Shown: positions 10,263-19,777, counted from the stretch's first letter. The stretch is DNA of 64,000 nt from Acidimicrobiales bacterium (GCA_965116195.1 OZ220491.1:1085080-1149079), one strand, 5' to 3'. Numbers and translations are program-made. Notes: generated by a model from the sequence alone, not told the origin.

Positions 10263-12876
10263 GACTGATCCCACCGGGGCCTACGCGGGCTTCGGGGGCA
10301 CCGTCGGCAAGGTCTTTTCCGCCTCCGAGCCTGATTGGCCGGTACCGCCCACGGCTCCTGATGGTGCTCCCAATGTGATCGTGATGATGGCTGATGACCT
10401 CGGCTATTCCGATCTGGGCTGCTATGGCTCCGAGATCAACACTCCCGAACTTGACCGGCTCGCCTCAGAAGGGTTGCGTTACACCGACTTTCATGTCAAT
10501 CCCATGTGCTCACCCACCCGGGCGTCTTTGCTGACCGGACTCAATCATCACATGGCTGGCATGGCAACTGTTCCTCACAGCGACCCCGGCTTTCCCGGCT
10601 ATGCCCACGAGTTGCGCGAGAACACGGTCACCATGGCCGAGGTGTTGCGTGATGCGGGCTGGGCCACTTTCATGGTGGGCAAGTGGCATCTCACCAAGGA
10701 TGCTCACCTCAGCGACGGTGCTCCCAAGTCGAGTTGGCCTCTGCAACGGGGCTTTGATCGCTATTACGGGATTTTGGATGCTTTCACCAACTTTCATCAG
10801 CCTCATCGTCTTTACGAGGACAACCACCACCTCAACGTTGATCAATACCCCGATGACTATTACTTCACTGATGATCTGACCGATCAGGCTTTGCGAATGG
10901 TTGATGAACTGCGGTCATCGCATCCGACCCGACCGTTTTTCATGTACTTCTCTCATGGGGCTGTGCATGCTCCGCTGCAGGCACCTGCAACGGATATTGA
11001 ACTGTTCCGGGGTCGCTATGACGCGGGCTGGGATGTGTTGAGAGCCGAGCGCTTCCAGCGTCAGAGGCAGTTGGGTGTGGTGCCTCCTCACGCTGTGCTG
11101 CCGCCGCGCAACGCCGAGGAGTTGCACGAGGCCGGTGCCTGGGATGATCTTGATGCTCGCTCCAGAGAGTTGTTTGCCCGCTATATGGAGGTGTACGCGG
11201 GCATGGTTCACAATGTTGATCGCAACTTCGGTCGCCTGCGCCGACATCTTGAAGCCGTCGGCGAGTGGGACAACACGATTGTGCTGTTCACCAGTGACAA
11301 CGGCGGCTCCCGTGAGGGTCAGTACACCGGTACCTCCGCGTATTTCCGAACTCTGCTCACGCAGGTGCGCTCGACGGGTCTGGAAGATGTGGCTGTTGAC
11401 CACGAGCGTATTGACATGCTGGGTGGCCCGCGTGCGTTGGCTCATTATCCGATGGGTTGGGCGATGGTGTCATGCACACCGTTCCGGCTCTACAAGATCA
11501 ACACTCACCGGGGTGGTCACAGTGTGCCCTTCATCCTGCACTGGCCGGCACGCTTCGAAGCCGGAACTGGAGTTGGGGTTGGTGCCGCAGCCGGAGTTGG
11601 GGGTGGTGCCGCAGCCGCAACGGGAGTTGAAGATGGTGCCAGAACCCAAGCCGGAGTTGTTGCCGTAGTTGGTGTGCAAGCCGGACCTGGAACTGGAGTT
11701 GAAGTTGGTGCCGGAGCAGTAGTTGAAGCCGACGTTGGAGTTGGAGCGGCAGCCGGAACTGGAGTTGAAGGTGGTGCCAGAACCCAAGCTGGAGTTGTAG
11801 TGGGTGGCCAAGCCGAAACTGGAACAGGAACCGTAGTCGGAGAGGTAGTCGGCGACGGTTCGTTGGCTGGGGGGATACGTACCCAGTACCAACATGTGAC
11901 CGACGTGTTGCCGACCGTGTGTGAGTTGGTTGGCGTGGCAGTGCCGCGTACCCGTCACGGTGTGGCTGTGCCAGAGCCGGCCGGGGCCAGTTTTGCGATG
12001 ACCCTGCACGATGCCACCGCGCCCTCCACCCATCCCGAGCAGTACTACGAGATGATCGGGCATCGTGGCTATTACCGTGATGGTTGGTCTATCGTCACCT
12101 GTCACCGGCCACGCCGGGCTTTCAGCGACGATCACTGGGAGTTGCACAACCTCGCCGATGACCCGACCGAGTCGGTGGACCTGGCTTCTGAATATCCGGA
12201 CAAACTCCAGGAACTTGAGCAGGCCTGGGACGCGGCGGCCTGGGCCAATCAGGTTTACCCGTTGGATGAGGGCAATTCGCTCAAGATGATCCTGCGGCCT
12301 CCGTGGTATCAACAGTGGGCAGCCGAGACGAAGTTGCGGCCTGGAACGCCCACCCTGGAGCGTTGGCGATCCCAGCAGCTGATCTTTCAGAAGAATTTTG
12401 ATGTTGATGTGGCATTGCGTTGGCGGCCCGGTGACTGTGGCATGCTCGTGGCCCATGGCGATCAGGGAGGCGGTTATGCGCTGTATGTCGAGGATGACTG
12501 CCTGATGTTTGTCCACAACGCATACGGTGATTTGACCACTGTGAATTGTGGGTTGGTGCCTACGGGTGCCTCGAAGGTGTGTCTGGCGATGGAGAACCCC
12601 GGCAATCTTGTCTGGAACGCACGGCTGAGTGTGGACGGTGAGCCGGTGGGGGAGGCCCGGGGTTTGGTGTCACTGATGGCGATGGCACCTTTTGAGGGCA
12701 TTGATGTGGGGATTGACCGCCGTTCTCCTGTCAGCTGGGATGTCTATGAACGTCACGGCCCCTTTGCCTTTACAGGTGATCTGCACTCGGTTACCTACCG
12801 CCCGGGCGAACTCGCCCCTGATGCCGGTTCGTTGTGGCTCGACTACATTCGTTCCACCGGCACTCGTTACGAGTAG
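10261..12876 (+). CDS. Arylsulfatase (formylglycine-dependent, CSPTR motif) carrying a ~105-aa repetitive insertion
   Basis: 871 aa. VIVMMADDLGYSDLGCYGSE...NPMCSPTRASLLTG. The Gly/Val/Ala-rich insertion is at 11561-11875. Confidence 0.88.
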   Translation: MTDPTGAYAGFGGTVGKVFSASEPDWPVPPTAPDGAPNVIVMMADDLGYSDLGCYGSEINTPELDRLASEGLRYTDFHVNPMCSPTRASLLTGLNHHMAGMATVPHSDPGFPGYAHELRENTVTMAEVLRDAGWATFMVGKWHLTKDAHLSDGAPKSSWPLQRGFDRYYGILDAFTNFHQPHRLYEDNHHLNVDQYPDDYYFTDDLTDQALRMVDELRSSHPTRPFFMYFSHGAVHAPLQAPATDIELFRGRYDAGWDVLRAERFQRQRQLGVVPPHAVLPPRNAEELHEAGAWDDLDARSRELFARYMEVYAGMVHNVDRNFGRLRRHLEAVGEWDNTIVLFTSDNGGSREGQYTGTSAYFRTLLTQVRSTGLEDVAVDHERIDMLGGPRALAHYPMGWAMVSCTPFRLYKINTHRGGHSVPFILHWPARFEAGTGVGVGAAAGVGGGAAAATGVEDGARTQAGVVAVVGVQAGPGTGVEVGAGAVVEADVGVGAAAGTGVEGGARTQAGVVVGGQAETGTGTVVGEVVGDGSLAGGIRTQYQHVTDVLPTVCELVGVAVPRTRHGVAVPEPAGASFAMTLHDATAPSTHPEQYYEMIGHRGYYRDGWSIVTCHRPRRAFSDDHWELHNLADDPTESVDLASEYPDKLQELEQAWDAAAWANQVYPLDEGNSLKMILRPPWYQQWAAETKLRPGTPTLERWRSQQLIFQKNFDVDVALRWRPGDCGMLVAHGDQGGGYALYVEDDCLMFVHNAYGDLTTVNCGLVPTGASKVCLAMENPGNLVWNARLSVDGEPVGEARGLVSLMAMAPFEGIDVGIDRRSPVSWDVYERHGPFAFTGDLHSVTYRPGELAPDAGSLWLDYIRSTGTRYE

Positions 12877-12879
12877 TTG

Positions 12880-13245
12880 CATGTGCGCGGCGTGCAAGTT
12901 GTTGGTCGGTCGGTTGCTCTGCTCGGTGGGGGCCGGACAACCCAGTGACACTTGTGCGCGGCGTGCAAGTTTGTTGGTCGGTCGGTTGCTCTGCTCGGTG
13001 GAAGCGGTGCAACCTGGTGACACTTGTGCGCGGCGTGCAAGTTTGCCCGTCAGTCGGTTGCTGTGCTCGGTGGAAGTGGTGCAACCTGGTGACACTTGTG
13101 CGCGGCGTGCAAGTTTGTTGGTCGGTCGGTTGCTCTGCTCGGTGGGGGCCGGACAACCCAGTGACACTTGTGCGCGGCGTGCAAGTTTGCCCGTCAGTCG
13201 GTTGCTGTGCTCGGTGGAAGTGGCGCAGTTGTCTGCGGCCGAGTC
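12880..13245. repeat. 72-bp tandem repeat x 5 (two alternating variants)
   Basis: CTTGTGCGCGGCGTGCAAGTTT occurs at 12951, 13023, 13095 and 13167, plus a leading copy. This accounts for all the overlapping ORFs between 12670 and 13289. Confidence 0.92.
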
Positions 13246-13355
13246 AACCAATCAAACCGCACTCAGTTAGTCTGTTGCACGGTCGGTAGGCCAGTCAGCT
13301 GGTTGAGAAGCAGGGACAGCCGATGATTGAGAAGCTGGGACTGCGAGCCGGGCAT

Positions 13356-13420
13356 GGAGGCGTGTGATGCACATCGGTTATTCTGTCGGGCACGGAGGTG
13401 TGTGATGCACATCGGTTATA
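13356..13420. repeat. 38-bp duplication of SD + ATG + first 5 codons of the acyl-CoA dehydrogenase gene
   Basis: GGAGG(C/T)GTGTGATGCACATCGGTTAT at 13356 and 13394. Confidence 0.9.
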
Positions 13421-14607
13421 CCGCCGAGCAGGAGGCGCTGCGTCAGGAGTTGCGCGCCTACTACGATGAGTTGCTCACTGACGAGGTGCGTGAGGCACTT
13501 GGTGCCGAGGACGGTACCGGTCCGGTGCATCGCCGTCTGGTGCGTCAGATGGGTACTGACGGGTGGCTGGCTGTGGGTTGGCCGCGGGAGTATGGCGGCA
13601 GGGGACTGTCCGCAGTGGAGCAGTTCATCGTGTTTGACGAGTCCGTGGCGTTGGGTGCGCCGATCCCGATGCTCACCATCAACACGGTCGGCCCCACCAT
13701 CATGCAATACGGAACCAGCGAACAAAAGGAGTTCTTCCTGCCCCGGATTGCCGGCGGCGAACTTACTTTTTGCATCGGTTATTCCGAGCCGGATGCCGGT
13801 ACTGACCTGGCCTCGCTGAGCACCAAGGCGGTGCGTGACGGCGACAGTTATGTGATCAACGGCCAGAAGACCTGGACATCTCTGGCCAAGGATGCTGATT
13901 ATATATGGTTGGCGGCCCGTACCAATCCGGATGCTCCCAAACACAAGGGAATATCATTGTTTTGTATTCCCATGGACACTCCTGGTATCAGTCTTGAGCC
14001 GCTTGATCTGTTGTCGAGCCACAACATCAACCACACATTCTTTGACGACTGCCGGGTGCCGGTGTCAACGTTGATTGGTGAGCAGAACCGTGGCTGGGGC
14101 CTGATCACCAGCCAACTCAACCGGGAGCGGGTCACTATTTGTTCGTCGGGTATGGTTACCAAGCGTTTTGAGGAGTGCGTGGAGTGGGCCAAGTCCGCCA
14201 AGCGCGCTGATGGTTCTTATGTGATTGACGAACCGTGGGTGCAGCGCAACCTGGCTGAGGTAGCGGCAAAGTTGGAGTTCTTGCGACTGGCCAACTGGAA
14301 GGTGGCTTGGACGGTGGCCACCAAGATTGACGGGGCTGAGCCTGACATGGCCACCATTGCCGGGTTCGTGGCTGACTCGTCGGCTGTGAAGGTGTCGGGT
14401 ACGGAGTTCTTTGTGGATGCTTACCGCAAGTTGATGCAGGTTTACGGTCAGCGTTCCTACGTGGTGGAGGGTTCGCCGGGTTATCTCACACGTCTGGAGA
14501 TGCTGTACCGCTCCACGATCATCTTGACTTTTGGTGGAGGCACCAACGAAATGCAGCGTGATCTGATCTCACAGTTCGGTCTGGGCTACCCGCGTGCGTC
14601 CCGGTGA
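13405..14607 (+). CDS. Acyl-CoA dehydrogenase
   Basis: In-frame part of ORF 13327..14607, starting MHIGYTAEQEALRQELRAYY. ACAD-like motifs: GYSEPDAGTDLASL, GQKTWTS, TFGGGTNEMQRDLI. Confidence 0.88.
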   Translation: MHIGYTAEQEALRQELRAYYDELLTDEVREALGAEDGTGPVHRRLVRQMGTDGWLAVGWPREYGGRGLSAVEQFIVFDESVALGAPIPMLTINTVGPTIMQYGTSEQKEFFLPRIAGGELTFCIGYSEPDAGTDLASLSTKAVRDGDSYVINGQKTWTSLAKDADYIWLAARTNPDAPKHKGISLFCIPMDTPGISLEPLDLLSSHNINHTFFDDCRVPVSTLIGEQNRGWGLITSQLNRERVTICSSGMVTKRFEECVEWAKSAKRADGSYVIDEPWVQRNLAEVAAKLEFLRLANWKVAWTVATKIDGAEPDMATIAGFVADSSAVKVSGTEFFVDAYRKLMQVYGQRSYVVEGSPGYLTRLEMLYRSTIILTFGGGTNEMQRDLISQFGLGYPRASR

Positions 14608-14635
14608 TGGGCATTTGTGACCGGATCGGTTCAGG

Positions 14636-14832
14636 TTCAACATTGGCACCCACATCGTCTCTGTAGTGGTATGTCCTGATGGTTCTTGGTGTCCGGGATC
14701 ATTTGGCCTCGATGATGATGATGCCGTAGCGCTTTCAACATTGGCACCCACATCGTCTCTGTAGTGGTATGTCCTGGTCGTTCTTGGTGTCTGGGATCAT
14801 TTGGCCTCGATGATGATGCCGTAGCGTTGTTG
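14636..14832. repeat. 98-bp tandem repeat x 2 including the last ~12 codons plus stop of the HTH gene
   Basis: TTCAACATTGGCACCCACATCGTCTCTGTAGTGGTATGTCCTG occurs at 14636 and 14734. ATCATTTGGCCTCGATGATGATG appears in both copies. Confidence 0.9.
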
Positions 14833-15069
14833 GGCTGCTTGCGCGGATGTGCCGAGTAGTTCTCCGATGCGCTGCCAGGAGAGACCCGTGGCCCGGGCGG
14901 TGGCAACGGCATTGACGATCTGACGCTCGCCACGAGCGCGGGCGAGTGCGGCGCGTTCGAGGAGGTATTCCTCAACGGGGCGCTCGTCGTCGGGCTGGGG
15001 TTCGTAGTCCTCGAACCGGCAGGCGAGTTCGTCGGCATGGTCAAGGATCTCTTGAATGGACTTAGGCAT
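14797..15069 (-). CDS. Small helix-turn-helix protein (function unknown)
   Basis: 90 aa. The C-terminal GLSWQRIGELLGTSAQAAQQRYG resembles a sigma-70 region-4/HTH fold. Confidence 0.55.
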   Translation of the reverse strand: MPKSIQEILDHADELACRFEDYEPQPDDERPVEEYLLERAALARARGERQIVNAVATARATGLSWQRIGELLGTSAQAAQQRYGIIIEAK

Positions 15070-15210
15070 CAGATCTCCAGGAACTTGGGTCGGGCGGTCA
15101 TGGCGTGAACCGCCACACGAACACTACAATCCAGCAAAACGACCTGTCCACAAGCCGGGGGAGACTCCAGTTGTGTAGTCGGGTAGTCAGGTAGTTGGGA
15201 GCGCCGGATA

Positions 15211-16620
15211 ATGGATTTTGAGCTTGGCGAGGAGCAGCAGGCCATCAAGAGTCTGGCCGCGCAGGTGTTGAGTGATCTGTCTTCACATGAACGGCTGAAG
15301 GCTCTGGCTGCTGAAGCAGATTTTGTGGATCGCAAGGCGTGGGCAGCACTGGCCTCAACGGGTGTCGTGGGTGCCTCGGTGCCTGAGGCCCATGGCGGTC
15401 TGGGGCTGGATTTCCTGGCGACGGCAGTGGCGTTGGAGGAGGTGGGGCGCAGCGCCTCTGTGGTGCCGTTGCTGACAACAGCCGTGATGGGTGCCATGCC
15501 GATAGCAGCCTTCGGCACGCCTGCGCAGCGCCAGCTGTGGCTGCCCGGCATCGCCGATGGTTCGGTACTGGCCTGCGCAGCCTTGGCCGAAGACGGCACC
15601 ACCCCAACAGATCCAACCACAACCGCCCGCGTTGACGTTGACAGCCGCCCTCATGGCGGTCTCGCGGGTGCCGGTGCGGTGGGGTCGTCCACAACGGCTC
15701 ATGCTGACGCTGGCGTTGATGTTCGCAAGGGTATTGCAGATGCTGGTGGAGTGGGGTCGTCCACAACCGTTCGCAATGACACCGATAGTCGTGCATGCCG
15801 GAGTCTCTCGGACGAGGGTGAAGTGGAGTTGCCCACAACCGTCCGCGTTGACGTTGACAGCCGCTCTCGTGGCGGTCTCGCGGGTGCTGGTGAGGTGGGG
15901 TCGTCCACAACTGCCTACTCCGATACTGGTGGAGGGTTCGTGTTGGACGGCACCAAGGTGTTGGTCGCAGGTGGACTTGACGCTGATGTGGCGTTGGTAC
16001 CGGCGCGGTTGGACACGGGTGAGGTGGGCGTGTTTGTGGTGCCGACCAGTGCGACTGGCTTGAGAATCCGGCCGGTGGAGATCACAACGGGACGTTCTGA
16101 GGCTCGTTTCGAGTTGTCAGGAGTGCGTGTGGGCGGGGACGCACTGCTGGGTGCTGGCGCGGTTGACGGCGAGGACATCGTGCAGTTCATTGAGGACAGG
16201 GCCAATGTCGGGCTGTGCATGAAGATGGCGGGAGCGGCAGGAGCGGCCATTGAGTTGGCTGCGGACTACACCAAGCAGCGTCAGCAGTTTGACCGGCCCA
16301 TCGCCACGTTCCAGGCGGTCAGCCAGCGTGCCGGTGACTCCTACATTGATGCCGAGGCCATCTGGTTGACCGCCTACCAGGCCGCCTGGCGCTTGTCAGC
16401 AGGTCTACCTGCCGAGCGCGAGATCGCCATCGCCAAGTACTGGGCCTCAGAAGGTGGGTACCGAGTGGTCCACGCAGCAGTACACGTACACGGCGGGGTG
16501 GGCGTAGACCGCGACTACCCCCTGCACCGGCACTTCCTGGCTGCCCGCCACATCGAACTCACCCTCGGCCACGCCGAAGAGCAGCTAGCCAACCTAGGCC
16601 ACCAAATCGCCTCGTCATGA
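15211..16620 (+). CDS. Acyl-CoA dehydrogenase with ~110-aa repetitive insertion
   Basis: 469 aa. ACAD-like N- and C-terminal parts (FELGEEQQAIKSLA...; YTKQRQQFDRPIATFQAV...). The insertion at 15600-15935 has a 216-bp internal repeat. Confidence 0.85.
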   Translation: MDFELGEEQQAIKSLAAQVLSDLSSHERLKALAAEADFVDRKAWAALASTGVVGASVPEAHGGLGLDFLATAVALEEVGRSASVVPLLTTAVMGAMPIAAFGTPAQRQLWLPGIADGSVLACAALAEDGTTPTDPTTTARVDVDSRPHGGLAGAGAVGSSTTAHADAGVDVRKGIADAGGVGSSTTVRNDTDSRACRSLSDEGEVELPTTVRVDVDSRSRGGLAGAGEVGSSTTAYSDTGGGFVLDGTKVLVAGGLDADVALVPARLDTGEVGVFVVPTSATGLRIRPVEITTGRSEARFELSGVRVGGDALLGAGAVDGEDIVQFIEDRANVGLCMKMAGAAGAAIELAADYTKQRQQFDRPIATFQAVSQRAGDSYIDAEAIWLTAYQAAWRLSAGLPAEREIAIAKYWASEGGYRVVHAAVHVHGGVGVDRDYPLHRHFLAARHIELTLGHAEEQLANLGHQIASS

Positions 16621-16685
16621 CCAATGCTCATGACCATCAACGTTTTGACTTGACAGACGCTGCGATGCTCTGGCAACATCGCTGA

Positions 16686-17198
16686 ATGCGTGGCTTGAGC
16701 GTCTTGAGACGTAGATTACGATGCAATGGGAACATTGTGGGACAAGGTGATATATGTCCCAACACGGACGCTAAAGGCGGTGAGGCTATCGAGTTGAGAA
16801 CTCGTGATGCTGACGAGCTGGCGTGTAAGTTGGCTTACGAATGTGCGTGGCGACTGTGCGACGACGCACTGAAAACCCTTGAGTCTCAGCGAACCCGAGC
16901 CGTCGCCTTATTGTCGCTAACAATAGTGGCGGCTGGTATTGTTGCATCTTCACTCTTAAGGGCCAATATAATTGATGATGTTGGCGCTATTGGCGTTATG
17001 GGGATGATGGCCTTCGGCCTCAGTACACTGGTCATAATGGTGTGTGCGGCAATAGTAGCATGGCCGCTAGACACAGAGACTGCCTTACGCCCCTCGCAAA
17101 TAATAGCTAACTATGTCAATCCATATAAAGGTGTCGAAGTAAGGCATGGATTTATAGATGTCTTGCACGCGACATGGAGACTGCCTACGACAAGATGA
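16686..17198 (+). CDS. Small multi-pass membrane protein, probably frameshifted (reading continues in another frame to 17302)
   Basis: 170-aa ORF with hydrophobic helices (AVALLSLTIVAAGIVASSLL, GVMGMMAFGLSTLVIMVCAAIVAW). Frame +2 from ~17162 reads LARDMETAYDKMKEKLNTRYACYRSAVAFVPVANVGVAMLVFDVLT-stop. The sequence is A/T-richer and lies directly upstream of hsdM. Confidence 0.45.
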   Translation: MRGLSVLRRRLRCNGNIVGQGDICPNTDAKGGEAIELRTRDADELACKLAYECAWRLCDDALKTLESQRTRAVALLSLTIVAAGIVASSLLRANIIDDVGAIGVMGMMAFGLSTLVIMVCAAIVAWPLDTETALRPSQIIANYVNPYKGVEVRHGFIDVLHATWRLPTTR

Positions 17199-17632
17199 AA
17201 GAGAAACTCAACACACGGTACGCTTGCTACAGGTCGGCCGTCGCATTTGTCCCCGTTGCCAATGTCGGAGTTGCTATGCTGGTGTTTGATGTCCTCACCT
17301 AGAGACTCTCCAGAACGTCCGCCCGATCCTGAAGGCCCGCCGCCATCGAACGAACAGGTGACACGGGATGGATCGGGTGACGATCGGCCTTTGATGCGTC
17401 AGTAGTCTTGTAGGCAAGCCCACTTGCCCGAATGTTGGTCTGTCCGGGTCCAATAGTTACCGTATCTACATAGGTTGCTATGTGGTGAGCCTATATGCTG
17501 TCTACATCTAGTGGCAGGAGTTGTCCAACGGTGCTGCCTTGGCGTGAATGCGTGACGTGAACGCGTAAGTCGGCGAAGGTGCTCTGGTTGAGGAACATCG
17601 GCGAGCTCCACCGCTTGCGGTATGCTGATCCG

Positions 17633-19777
17633 ATGAACGTTAGTACGCATGGGCGCATGGCTGATTTCATTTGGGGGATTTGTAACTTGTTGCGTGGGCC
17701 TTACAAGCGGAATGAGTATCGCAAGGTCATATTGCCACTTACGGTGTTGCGACGTTTTGACTGTGTCCTGACGGCTACCAAGCCAGATGTGCTTGATGTT
17801 GATGCGGATGCCCAATCTCGAGGACTGGTGCAGACGGTTCGTCATCAACTGCTGCTGGGTGCATCTGGGCATCCGTTTTATAACAGTTCGCGGTTGGACT
17901 TTCAGCGTTTACTGGATGATCCGGACAACCTTGCGGCGAACCTTGTCGCTTATATTGATGCATTTTCGGAGAACATCCGTGAGATAATGCGTTGTTTCGG
18001 CTTTGAGGCCCAGATTGAGCGTATGGACGAAAAGTCGTTACTATATGAAGTCATCAGAGAGTTCGCCAAGATAGACTTGTCGCCTGAGCGTGTGGACAAT
18101 ATACAGATGGGATACATCTTTGAGGAACTGATCCGTATTGGTGCCGAGCAGGCCAATGAGGAAGCTGGGGAGCATTTTACACCGCGCGAGGTGATCCGGT
18201 TGATGGTCAGTCTGCTGCTGTCGCCTGAGCCGGACTTGGGCGAGGGGTGGGTGGTCAAGACGATCTATGATCCCGCCTGCGGAACCGGCGGGATGTTGTC
18301 GGTCGCCGAGGAGTACCTGCGTGAGCACAACCGTGACTCAAGGCCGTTGCTTTATGGCCAAGACTTCAACGACGAGGCGTGGGCCGTGTGCAAGTCTGAC
18401 ATGTTGATCAAGGGTAATGATGCCGACCAGATCGTTCGCGGCGACACCTTCACCCATGACGGTTACGGCTATCGCTCCAACGGTCAGCGCTGGACGTTTG
18501 ACTACATGCTTGCCAATCCTCCCTTTGGGGTAACTTGGAAGCAACAGGAGCGCGACATCAAGAGGGAGCATGATACTCTTGTCTGGGATGGACGCTTCGG
18601 TGCCGGCACGCCGCGCATCAACGACGGGGCGCTGCTGTTCTTGCAGCACATGCTGTCCAAGATGGCTCCCGTAGATTCGGATTCTATCGGGGGGGGGGGG
18701 GGGGGGGATGCCGATTGCCGTGGCAGCCGTATTGCTATCGTGTTCAACGGATCGCCACTGTTCACCGGCGACGCGGGCAGTGGTGAGAGCAACATACGGC
18801 GCTGGATTATCGAGAACGACTGGCTCGAAGCCATGGTTGCGCTGCCTGACCAACTCTTCTACAACACCGGCATCTCAACCTATGTATGGGTTCTCACCAA
18901 TCGCAAAGAACCCCATCGTGCAGGCAAGATGCAACTCATTGACGGCCGCCAGTTCTACACCAAAATGCGCAAGAGTCTGGGCAACAAGCGCAATGAACTT
19001 TCACAAGATCAGATTGACGACCTCACCCGTATACACGGCAACTTCACAGATGGTGAGACTCGAGATGTAACTGACGAGGATCCTGTTACTCACCAGTCAC
19101 GCACTAGGGCGCGGGTGGTCAGCAAGATTTTCGCCAACGAGGATTTCGGCTACCGCAAAGTTACCATTGAGCGCCCGTTACGGTTGAATTTCGCAGCGAC
19201 TCCTGAGCGCATCGCTCGACTTGACAAACTGAAGGCATTCCAGAACCTTGCCAAGAGCAAGAAACGGCCGGGATCTCGCCATGATGCCGAGGTCGCCAAA
19301 GGTCGCATACGCCAACGGCAACTTCGCAACCTGCTGGAACGGATTGCGAATGCAACTGGTGGTGAGGTAATCCGGGATCGTGAGGCGTTCCTGGATGTGC
19401 ACAACGAGCAAGCAGCGGCTCAGGGAATCCGTTTGTCACCCACTGAACGCAAGGTTGTGCTTGCCGCACTGGGTGAGCGGGACTCTGGAGCCGCGATCTG
19501 CTGTGACCGTCGAGGCAATCCTGAACCCGATCCGGAACTACGTGACACCGAGAGAGTGCCACTGCATGAGAAGATTGAAGACTACATGACTCGCGAGGTG
19601 CTGCCCCACATTCCGGATGCATGGGTGGATGACTCAAAGACCAAGGCAGGCTACGAGATCCCCTTCAATCGACACTTCTACGTATACGAACCTCCCCGCT
19701 CACTTGATGACATAGATCAAGACCTACAAGCCCTCGAACGCGAGATCATCGGCCTGCTCGCCGATGTCACCTCATGA
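17633..19777 (+). CDS. hsdM: Type I restriction-modification system, methyltransferase subunit
   Basis: In-frame part of ORF 17579..19777. N-terminal FIWGICNLLRGPYKRNEYRKVILPLTVLRRFD. SAM motif DPACGTGGML. Catalytic NPPF (MLANPPFGV). Confidence 0.93.
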   Translation: MNVSTHGRMADFIWGICNLLRGPYKRNEYRKVILPLTVLRRFDCVLTATKPDVLDVDADAQSRGLVQTVRHQLLLGASGHPFYNSSRLDFQRLLDDPDNLAANLVAYIDAFSENIREIMRCFGFEAQIERMDEKSLLYEVIREFAKIDLSPERVDNIQMGYIFEELIRIGAEQANEEAGEHFTPREVIRLMVSLLLSPEPDLGEGWVVKTIYDPACGTGGMLSVAEEYLREHNRDSRPLLYGQDFNDEAWAVCKSDMLIKGNDADQIVRGDTFTHDGYGYRSNGQRWTFDYMLANPPFGVTWKQQERDIKREHDTLVWDGRFGAGTPRINDGALLFLQHMLSKMAPVDSDSIGGGGGGDADCRGSRIAIVFNGSPLFTGDAGSGESNIRRWIIENDWLEAMVALPDQLFYNTGISTYVWVLTNRKEPHRAGKMQLIDGRQFYTKMRKSLGNKRNELSQDQIDDLTRIHGNFTDGETRDVTDEDPVTHQSRTRARVVSKIFANEDFGYRKVTIERPLRLNFAATPERIARLDKLKAFQNLAKSKKRPGSRHDAEVAKGRIRQRQLRNLLERIANATGGEVIRDREAFLDVHNEQAAAQGIRLSPTERKVVLAALGERDSGAAICCDRRGNPEPDPELRDTERVPLHEKIEDYMTREVLPHIPDAWVDDSKTKAGYEIPFNRHFYVYEPPRSLDDIDQDLQALEREIIGLLADVTS
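18687..18705. repeat. Homopolymer G19 inside the hsdM reading frame (encodes GGGGGG)
   Basis: Direct count: atc + 19 g + atgcc. The frame is intact at this length. Confidence 0.9.

Noticed and set aside
12670-13289. ORFs 12670..13251, 12692..13270, 12791..13156 and 12834..13289
   Set aside because: All are generated by the 72-bp (24-codon) repeat being open in several frames.
15069-15620. 183-aa minus-strand ORF upstream of the HTH gene
   Set aside because: It is antisense to the N-terminus of the second acyl-CoA dehydrogenase, which has clear family motifs.
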